Shown one piece after another: positions 57,185 to 64,000 of a stretch of 64,000 nucleotides of DNA. Location: the NCBI GenBank assembly GCA_963801165.1, contig CAWDDT010000004.1:288001-352000 (forward strand), read 5' to 3'. The stretch is from an uncultured bacterium. Its GTDB lineage: Bacteria; Actinomycetota; Acidimicrobiia; Spongiisociales; UBA5794. Positions within the stretch are counted from its first letter, which is position 1. Each line of letters opens with the position of its first letter. The notes beneath the pieces were generated by a model. That model saw nothing but the letters and a program-made list of their open reading frames with translations, was not told the DNA's origin and did not search any database. Made by a program: the position numbers and the translations under genes.

Positions 57185-57185
57185 C

Positions 57186-57833
57186 GTGCCGGGCGGCGCC
57201 GGCCCGGCGGCGTACCGGGTTGCCAACCTGTTGAGCCGTCCGCTCGACGTGATGCAGCGCTGGCTGCTCGACGGTGAGGTGACCGGTCGGGAGCATCTAC
57301 CGGCGGACGGTCCCTACATCGTGACCGCCAACCACCTCTCGCTGATCGATCCGATCCTGGTCTCGATCGCCGTCGGCGGGTTGATCCGGTTCCTCGCGCT
57401 CGATGAGCTGTTCGGTCAGAACTTCCTGCTCGACGCGTCGATGCGATATTTCGGTGCGATTTCCCTATCGCGCGAGCGTCCTCCGCTTGGGGCGTTACGC
57501 GAGGCGCTTGCCGCCCTGGAGCGTGGTGAGGTGATCGGCATCTTCCCCGAGGGCGCCCGTGCCCGGTATTGGGGGGAGCGTCCGATCAAGCGTGGTGCGG
57601 CGTGGCTGGCGCTGGCAACCGGGGCGCCGATTGTGCCGTGCGCCGTCACAGGAACGGAGGCGACGATGAGCCTGAACGAGCCCCGGGCACGCATCCCGGC
57701 CGTGCGCCTGTCGCTGCACCCGGCGATCGAGGCCGAGCGGTATTGTGAGAGCGAGGACCCTCTCGGGGCGACGATGGATGCGTGGGCCGAGGTCATCGAG
57801 GCCGAGGTGGGCCATTGGATTCATAAGGAGTAG
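57186..57833 (+). CDS. 1-acyl-sn-glycerol-3-phosphate acyltransferase family
   Basis: NHLSLID, IFPEG, PIVP. Confidence 0.9.
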   Translation: MPGGAGPAAYRVANLLSRPLDVMQRWLLDGEVTGREHLPADGPYIVTANHLSLIDPILVSIAVGGLIRFLALDELFGQNFLLDASMRYFGAISLSRERPPLGALREALAALERGEVIGIFPEGARARYWGERPIKRGAAWLALATGAPIVPCAVTGTEATMSLNEPRARIPAVRLSLHPAIEAERYCESEDPLGATMDAWAEVIEAEVGHWIHKE

Positions 57834-57836
57834 CCG

Positions 57837-58739
57837 ATGCGGGTACTGATGACCGGCTCGAGCGGATTGATCGGCACTGCGCTGCGGCGCTCCTTTGCGG
57901 CCGACGGGATCGAGGTGGTGAGGCTGGTGCGCCGGCCGCCGCAGGCCGAAGACGAGCGATTCTGGGACCCGGCACAGGACGTCCTCGACCCGGGACACGT
58001 CGACGGATTCGATGCCGTGATCAACCTGGCGGGTGCGGGGATCGGCGACAAGCGATGGTCCGAAGACCGGAAGCGGAAGATCATCGGGTCACGTCTCGAT
58101 GCGACCAGCGTGCTCGTAAGCAGGCTGGCCGACACTGAGCGCAAGCCCGACGTTCTCGTTTCGGGATCGGCGATCGGGTTCTACGGCGACCGGGACGAGT
58201 TGGTGACCGAGACGGCCGGCCCCGCGGATCCACCCGACTTCCTCTCCCGGCTCTGCACCGACTGGGAGGCGGCGACGGCTCCGGCCGCGGCAGCGGGGAT
58301 CAGGACGGCGTGCATCCGCACCGGTCTCGTACTGGCCGAGGACGGCGGTGCCGTCGCCAAGCTGCTGCTTCCCTTCAAGCTCGGTGTCGGGGGAAGGCTC
58401 GGCAGCGGAGGCACGTACTGGAGTTGGATCTCTCTTCCGGATCATGTTCGCGCCGTCAGACACGTTATCGCCCACTCGGTGGCGGGTCCGGTGAACCTGA
58501 CCGCACCTCACCCCGTCACCAGCGCAGAGGTGACCAAGGCACTGGGGCGGGCGCTTCATCGCCCCACGCTGTTGCCGGTGCCGCGGTTCGCCCTCGAGCT
58601 GCTGTTGGGTAAGGAGCTGGCGGCGGCGCTGCTGTTCACCTCCAACCGGGTCCTCCCCGCCAAACTGGAAGAGTCCGGGTTCCGGTTCGAGCACGACGAT
58701 ATCGATACGGCGCTACAGGCAGTGCTTCAGCAAAGCTGA
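57837..58739 (+). CDS. TIGR01777-family NAD-dependent epimerase/oxidoreductase
   Basis: TGSSGLIG, INLAGAGI, SAIGFYG, GPVNLTAP. Confidence 0.92.
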   Translation: MRVLMTGSSGLIGTALRRSFAADGIEVVRLVRRPPQAEDERFWDPAQDVLDPGHVDGFDAVINLAGAGIGDKRWSEDRKRKIIGSRLDATSVLVSRLADTERKPDVLVSGSAIGFYGDRDELVTETAGPADPPDFLSRLCTDWEAATAPAAAAGIRTACIRTGLVLAEDGGAVAKLLLPFKLGVGGRLGSGGTYWSWISLPDHVRAVRHVIAHSVAGPVNLTAPHPVTSAEVTKALGRALHRPTLLPVPRFALELLLGKELAAALLFTSNRVLPAKLEESGFRFEHDDIDTALQAVLQQS

Positions 58740-58809
58740 AGCGAACCTCAGCTTTGAGCCTCGGCGTGAGTCTGGCGAAGCCAGACTCAAACTTCAGCAA
58801 AGCTGAAGC
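58724..58809. repeat. cluster of short palindromes (REP-like) before the tRNA
   Basis: CTTCAGC-AAA-GCTGAAG twice, flanking TGAGTCTGGC-GAA-GCCAGACTCA. Confidence 0.8.
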
Positions 58810-58830
58810 CGCTACCATTGCCAGCCCTTT

Positions 58831-58903
58831 GCCGGGGTAGCTCAGTCGGCAGAGCGACGCACTCGTAATGCGTAGGTCACGGGTTCGATTCCCGTCTCCG
58901 GCT
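58831..58903 (+). tRNA. tRNA-Thr(CGT)
   Basis: GCCGGGG acceptor, TAGCTCAGTCGGCAGAGC D-arm, ACGCA-CTCGTAA-TGCGT anticodon arm, GGTTCGATTCC T-arm; CCA not encoded. Confidence 0.97.
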
Positions 58904-58964
58904 CGATTCATCAGAACTTCACATTCCACGGCTATTTTGGGTCGTGCCCACTCGAGGAGTACCA

Positions 58965-59528
58965 GTGGCTGACCGGGCCAATTTTGAGCGTGATGCGCTT
59001 CCATATGCACAACAGCTCTACTCGGCCGCGCTCCGTATGACCCGGAATCCCGCTGATGCCGAGGACGTCGTCCAGGAGGCGTTCCTGAAGGCATACCGCG
59101 GCTACGGCACGTTCAAAGAGGGTACGAATCTCAAAGCGTGGTTGTACCGGATCCTGACCAACACTTACATAAACCGCTACCGCAAGGAGCAGAGGCGACC
59201 AACCGAGGTCGAGCTCGGTGAGCTTCAGGATCTGTACCTGTTCAAACGGGTGGGTGAGGTCTCGGGTGCCGAACGGAGCACCGAAGAGACCGTGCTGGAG
59301 TCGATGGTCGACTCCGACATCAAGGGGGCGCTGGAGGCGCTTCCGGAGAAGTTCCGGATGCCCGTCCTCCTCGCCGATGTAGAGGGCTTCTCCTACAAGG
59401 AGATCGCTGAGATCCTGGACGTACCGATCGGCACTGTGATGTCGCGGCTACATCGGGGAAGAAAAGCGCTCCAAAAGAAGTTGTGGTCTTTAGCTGAACA
59501 ACGCGGACTCACAGGACCGAGTCAATGA
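58965..59528 (+). CDS. sigH: ECF sigma factor, SigH/SigR-like
   Basis: [46 protein letters not shown]. Confidence 0.9.
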   Translation: MADRANFERDALPYAQQLYSAALRMTRNPADAEDVVQEAFLKAYRGYGTFKEGTNLKAWLYRILTNTYINRYRKEQRRPTEVELGELQDLYLFKRVGEVSGAERSTEETVLESMVDSDIKGALEALPEKFRMPVLLADVEGFSYKEIAEILDVPIGTVMSRLHRGRKALQKKLWSLAEQRGLTGPSQ

Positions 59529-59773
59529 AGGCTGCATGCGATCACGCGGTTGACTATCTATACCAATACATCGATGAGGAGCTGACCTGGTCGCGCCGCA
59601 TCAGAATCCGCTGGCACCTCAAGCGGTGCGGCAACTGTGTGGATGCATATGGTTTCGAGATCAAGCTGAAGGCCCGCCTCCGGGAGTGCGGCAAGGACGA
59701 ACCGTCACAGGAACTTTTCGACCGTATCCGTGCGTTGATAGAGCAAGAGGCCGCCGGTAGCCAGGAGGTGTGA
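59525..59773 (+). CDS. zinc anti-sigma factor, RshA/RsrA-like
   Basis: N-terminal Cys plus HLKRCGNC (HxxxCxxC). Confidence 0.9.
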   Translation: MKAACDHAVDYLYQYIDEELTWSRRIRIRWHLKRCGNCVDAYGFEIKLKARLRECGKDEPSQELFDRIRALIEQEAAGSQEV

Positions 59774-59777
59774 CCGG

Positions 59778-59804
59778 CCGGTCGCCAATCCGGTCGCCAA
59801 TCCG
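59778..59804. repeat. 12-bp tandem duplication
   Basis: CCGGTCGCCAAT x2 plus CCG. Confidence 0.8.
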
Positions 59805-59835
59805 ATGGTGACGGATTGAGAGAAGGAATCCACAA

Positions 59836-60030
59836 ATGTCTGAAAATGTACTGAGGGGCAAGCGAGTACTGGAGACGGCACGTCCGCCCAAGGCCAGCAG
59901 TGAGGTGCGCACATGCGCCAAGCCTGGCTGTGAGACGACGCTTTCCCGCTACAACAAGCGCGAGTTCTGCTACGCCCACGCACCAACCAAATTCCCCCGG
60001 CTTCGTGGCAGGGTCATCCCCGAGAGCTGA
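59836..60030 (+). CDS. small basic putative Zn-binding protein
   Basis: AAGGA RBS; CAKPGC...CYAH. Confidence 0.7.
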   Translation: MSENVLRGKRVLETARPPKASSEVRTCAKPGCETTLSRYNKREFCYAHAPTKFPRLRGRVIPES

Positions 60031-60114
60031 GAGCCTGAACGGCTGCGCCGGTCAGACTCTGGTTTCGCTTTGCGGAACCAAGCGAGGATGCGCCTGGTGC
60101 TATCGTCCCGCTGG

Positions 60115-60399
60115 ATGAAGAAGTCCATTCTCAACTCCGTTCGTGCCCTTGCGGTGCTGCTGCTATTCGTGCCGGCGCCGTTGGCGATGTTCAACACGCC
60201 ACCGGCCGATGCCGCGCCTCCGGTCGTGGTTGCGGCCGAACCGGCCGTGCAGGTGCCGGTGACCCAGGTACCCGCGACCGAGCAGCCGTGGACGGCTCGA
60301 TTCCTCGCCCCGGCGGTTGCGGTGATCGGCGTTATCGCTGTAGGCGCCTCGGTTTTCTACTACGTGGTGCGAATTCGCGGCCGCTATCGGGTTGGCTAA
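60115..60399 (+). CDS. small membrane protein
   Basis: Signal-like N-terminus, C-terminal TM, RGRYRV end. Confidence 0.65.
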   Translation: MKKSILNSVRALAVLLLFVPAPLAMFNTPPADAAPPVVVAAEPAVQVPVTQVPATEQPWTARFLAPAVAVIGVIAVGASVFYYVVRIRGRYRVG

Positions 60400-60448
60400 T
60401 CGCCGGCCGGCGGTGTGAATACGCCGGTGACGTAGTACGTTTCGACTC

Positions 60449-61480
60449 ATGGCCACTGCTACCTGGGAATCCGCGGTCGGTGTTGCCCGCCGGTTCGCGG
60501 GCAAATATCCGCTAGAAGGCACATATCACGAGGCCCGTCTCGCCCGTCAGGCGCCACGGCTCGTCGAGCGAGCCACCGCGCTCGTGTCAGCCGAGACCGG
60601 GCTGGAAGCCCCCGGTGCCCCGGAAGTCGCCGTAGTCGGTCGCAGCGAGTGGGTAGAGATGAACATCGCATCGTTCTCCGAGCTCATGGCGCCTGTCACC
60701 AAACACCTTGGCGAGGAGCGGCGACTCGGTCGCGGCATCGCCAACCGGGTGATGTCTGCCGAGCTCGGCGCGGTGCTCGGCTTTCTCTCGAGGCGGGTCC
60801 TCGGCCAATACGAGCTGGTGCTCCCCACCCCGGACGGCAACGACGGCGACACGGTCATGTTCGTCGGCGCCAACATCTTGTCCATGGAGCGCCGCTTCGA
60901 ATTCCGCCCCGCCGAGTTCCGCTTCTGGGTCGCGCTTCACGAATGCACCCACCGCATTCAATTCCAGGGAGTTCCCTGGTTACGCTCGTACTTTCTCGGG
61001 CTCGTCGAGGAATTGGTGAAGACCTCGAAGCCCGAGCCGGGGCGTATAGCGCGTCTCGCCGATGAGCTGCGGAGTGCCGCCGACGAGGGCAGACCGCTGC
61101 TGGATGAAACGGGGCTGTTCGGTCTGCTGGCATCGCCGGATCAGCGCGAGGTCATCGGCAAGGTGCAGGCCCTGATGTCGCTGCTCGAGGGTCACGGCCA
61201 TATCGTGATGGACCGCATAGGAGAACGCCAGCTGGTCAGCCAGGCGCGCATGTCCCGGATCCTGGCCGCACGGCGCAACGATCCCCGCACCGCCATGTTC
61301 ATGCGTCTCATCGGGCTCGAGATGAAGATGAAGCAGTATGAGACGGGGGCGAAGTTCATCAAGGGCGTGGAGCGACAGGCAGGATGGGACGCCCTGGCGG
61401 CCGCATGGCGGCAACCGTCGAACCTGCCAACGCTCGAAGAGATCGAGGACCCGGTCTCGTGGCTGTACCGGGTGGGCTGA
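60449..61480 (+). CDS. zinc-dependent metalloprotease-like (DUF2342)
   Basis: RVLGQYE, WVALHECTHRIQF, MSLLEGH, LPTLEEI. Confidence 0.9.
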   Translation: MATATWESAVGVARRFAGKYPLEGTYHEARLARQAPRLVERATALVSAETGLEAPGAPEVAVVGRSEWVEMNIASFSELMAPVTKHLGEERRLGRGIANRVMSAELGAVLGFLSRRVLGQYELVLPTPDGNDGDTVMFVGANILSMERRFEFRPAEFRFWVALHECTHRIQFQGVPWLRSYFLGLVEELVKTSKPEPGRIARLADELRSAADEGRPLLDETGLFGLLASPDQREVIGKVQALMSLLEGHGHIVMDRIGERQLVSQARMSRILAARRNDPRTAMFMRLIGLEMKMKQYETGAKFIKGVERQAGWDALAAAWRQPSNLPTLEEIEDPVSWLYRVG

Positions 61481-62775
61481 CCGCTACGGGCTCTGCGGTG
61501 TGTGCGGCCGTCGCCGCGATCGAGGACGGTCCTCTTGTGGTCGCTCTCTCCGGTGGAGCCGATTCGGCGGTGGTGGCGTGGGGATGCGCACGGGCCCGCC
61601 CGCCGGGCACGGTTCGTGCCGTTCATGTCAACCATGGCTGGGCTGCCTCGGATGAGCTGGAAAGCGCGGCCCGGGCGGTTGCCGCCAAGGTCGGGCTGCC
61701 GATCGAGGTCGTCGCGGTGACCCCGGACGACTCGCCCTCTCCGGAGGCGGCGGCGCGCGACGCCCGGCTCGGTGCTCTGGTCGAGAGCGCGGCCGGGGTC
61801 AGGATCGTGATGGGGCACCACGCCGACGACGCCGCCGAGACCGTGGTCGGCAACTTGCTGCGCGGTGCGGGAGCCACCGGTCTCAGCGGGATCACGCCCG
61901 AGCGATTTCCCTTCGTTCGACCGCTGCTTCGGCTGCGGCGTGCCGACCTACGTCTGCTCGCCGAAGAGCTGTCGCTTCCCTTCACCGACGATCCAAGCAA
62001 CGAGGATCGTTCGATCCGGCGCAATCTGATCCGTCACGAGATCATCCCGGTGCTCGACGAGCACATGGGCGGGGAGCTGGTGGAGGTGGTCGGCCGGAGC
62101 GCCCGGCACCTGGCCGCCGAGGATGCCTACCTCGACGACGCGGCCCCACCCGGAATCGTCTCCACGGACGGTGACGTGACCAGGCTGGCAGTTGCTCCGC
62201 TCGTCACGGTCCCGGCTGTTCTGGCCAAGAGGGCGATCCGCGGCGCCTTGCGTACCGTCCACCCTCCGTATCCTGGAACCAGCCATGAGGTCGACGCCGT
62301 CCTCGCTGTGACCATGGGGACGAGCGAGCGTAGGGACCTCGGCGGCGGCTTTATCGTCACCAGGGAGGGACCGTACGTGGCGATCTACCAGCCATCGCAT
62401 CCGATCGTTCCCGAGCCCGTTGAGCTCGCCGTTCCGGGACGGGTCCGATTCGGCGAGCACGTGATCCGGGCGGCGGCCGTCGGCTCGGGCTCTCTCACCA
62501 GCATGTCGCACGACAGGTGCCGGCTGGCTCTCCCACAGGCGCCGATCATCGTGCACGCCATCGCGGAGGGGGACCGGATCGACATTGGCACGGGGAGCAA
62601 GAAGGTGAGCGATGCCCTCGGGGAGGCCGGAATCCCGCTGCGGAAACGCCCGGCTTGGCCGGTCATCGAGTCTCGTGGCAGAATCGCATGGATTGTCGGT
62701 GTCCGGGTCGCCTCGTGGGCGCGCGTTGAGACACCTCTGACCACGTGGGTAGAGCTCGAAAGGCAAACGCAGTGA
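61459..62775 (+). CDS. tilS: tRNA(Ile)-lysidine synthase
   Basis: ALSGGADS, HHADDAAET, RPLL, DPSN..RNLIRH; start uncertain. Confidence 0.92.
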   Translation: MAVPGGLTATGSAVCAAVAAIEDGPLVVALSGGADSAVVAWGCARARPPGTVRAVHVNHGWAASDELESAARAVAAKVGLPIEVVAVTPDDSPSPEAAARDARLGALVESAAGVRIVMGHHADDAAETVVGNLLRGAGATGLSGITPERFPFVRPLLRLRRADLRLLAEELSLPFTDDPSNEDRSIRRNLIRHEIIPVLDEHMGGELVEVVGRSARHLAAEDAYLDDAAPPGIVSTDGDVTRLAVAPLVTVPAVLAKRAIRGALRTVHPPYPGTSHEVDAVLAVTMGTSERRDLGGGFIVTREGPYVAIYQPSHPIVPEPVELAVPGRVRFGEHVIRAAAVGSGSLTSMSHDRCRLALPQAPIIVHAIAEGDRIDIGTGSKKVSDALGEAGIPLRKRPAWPVIESRGRIAWIVGVRVASWARVETPLTTWVELERQTQ

Positions 62776-63341
62776 AGGTAGCCAAGGTCCTCATCACCGC
62801 AGAGGAAATCGACGCCAAGCTGGCTGAGATGGGGGCCGCCATCACCAGGGACTACCAGGACCGGGATCTGTTGATGATCGGGATCCTGAAGGGCGCCTTC
62901 GTGGTACTGGCCGATCTGGCCCGCCACGTGCGCTTGCCTCTCGAAACCGATTTCATGGCCGTCTCGTCCTATCACGGGGGAACCCACAGCTCGGGGGTGG
63001 TGCGCATCCTCAAGGATCTGGATCAGGAGATCGAGGGCCGCAACGTCCTCATCGTCGAAGACATCATTGACACCGGCCACACCCTCAAGTACTTGCTGCG
63101 CACGCTTGCGGTGAGAAAGCCGAGGACCCTCTCGCTTGCTTCGCTGCTGATCAAAGACGATGTGGACCGACCTCATTTCGACATCCAGTACGAGGGTTTT
63201 CACATCCCCAACGAGTTCGTGGTCGGCTACGGACTCGACTACAACGAGCAGTTCCGCAACCTGCCATATATCGGGGTGATGGACACCAACTCGGGCTCGT
63301 CACCGACCGATGTTCAGGAAGGCTTCGAGCTGATCGAATGA
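62772..63341 (+). CDS. hpt: hypoxanthine phosphoribosyltransferase
   Basis: GILKGA, LIVEDIIDTG, FVVGYGLDY. Confidence 0.96.
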   Translation: MKVAKVLITAEEIDAKLAEMGAAITRDYQDRDLLMIGILKGAFVVLADLARHVRLPLETDFMAVSSYHGGTHSSGVVRILKDLDQEIEGRNVLIVEDIIDTGHTLKYLLRTLAVRKPRTLSLASLLIKDDVDRPHFDIQYEGFHIPNEFVVGYGLDYNEQFRNLPYIGVMDTNSGSSPTDVQEGFELIE

Positions 63342-63456
63342 CAACACGGCGCCATCCCGCAAACTCTGCCGAAATAGCGGCGCCAATCGCATATCATGGG
63401 AAGCCCCGACGATACTGTGTCGTTGTGGGCAAGAAGACCGAAATCAAGGAAGAACA

Positions 63457-64000
63457 GTGAATCGAACCGCTCGCACGATCATGGTGTACATGGTCGTTGC
63501 CGTCCTGGTGATGTTGGCAGTGAACGTGTTTCTAACGGGCGCAAGCGAGCCCCAAGACCTCCCGTTCCCCCAATTCGAGCAGAAGCTCGCGGCAGGCGAG
63601 ATCGCCAAAATCGAGATGAAGACCCGCTCGAACGAGATCGTGGGCGAGTTCGACACTGGTACGGTCGTTGCCGGAGCCAGTTCGACGTTCCGAACCTTCT
63701 ACCCACCCGAGTTCGAGGACGAATTGACCACGATGATCAACGGGGCGGGGATCGAGGACTTCACCGTCAACGCCGAGAACCCGTCGGTCCTCTCGTGGTT
63801 CTTCACGACGATTTTCCCGTATCTGTTGATATTCGGTGTGTTCATCTTCTTCCTGTCCCAGATGCAGGGCGGGGGCAACCGGGTCATGCAATTCGGCAAG
63901 GCGAAAACCAAACAGGTCAACAAGGACGCCCCCAAGGTCACCTTCAAGGACGTGGCCGGAGCCGACGAGGCCGTCGAGGAGCTCGAGGAGATCAAGGACT
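63457..64000 (+). CDS. ftsH: ATP-dependent zinc metalloprotease FtsH, partial
   Basis: Two TM, QGGGNRVMQFGKAK, VTFKDVAGADEAVEELEEIK; follows tilS-hpt. Confidence 0.95.
   Translation, partial: MNRTARTIMVYMVVAVLVMLAVNVFLTGASEPQDLPFPQFEQKLAAGEIAKIEMKTRSNEIVGEFDTGTVVAGASSTFRTFYPPEFEDELTTMINGAGIEDFTVNAENPSVLSWFFTTIFPYLLIFGVFIFFLSQMQGGGNRVMQFGKAKTKQVNKDAPKVTFKDVAGADEAVEELEEIKD

Noticed and set aside
58831-58964. Integrative element at tRNA-Thr
   Set aside because: No integrase or duplicated tRNA 3' end seen; core genes continue immediately.

Overview
High-GC actinobacterial chromosome segment. Class Acidimicrobiia is a plausible inference from gene content and style, not a tested assignment. Most of the window is core genome: glnD / glnK-amtB with a clear GlnR-box array, leuCD, a Tad/Flp pilus locus, trkA-trkA-trkH and a membrane pyrophosphatase, proS, topA, tmk-holB, tRNA-Thr(CGT), sigH/rshA-like, tilS-hpt-ftsH. 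Accessory elements are two MazEF-type TA pairs, a two-component-linked ApbE / ferric-reductase (flavinylation) operon with two unstructured secreted proteins, a 2036-aa alpha-2-macroglobulin lacking the thioester motif, a 2-oxoacid:ferredoxin oxidoreductase with an ATC start and a beta-gamma fusion, and several short tandem-repeat arrays. At least four single-base frameshifts suggest consensus indel errors, and one of them creates a spurious LeuD-AmtB 'fusion' ORF. Best novelty candidates: (1) the flavinylation operon without an FMN-binding-domain substrate, (2) a structured leader upstream of adenine/adenosine deaminase, (3) a Trk operon carrying an unannotated 48-aa membrane peptide and an OB-fold-like protein next to a K+-dependent Na+-type PPase. 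No CRISPR array, rRNA, integrase or transposase was seen. All family assignments come from motif recognition by eye; no searches were run.
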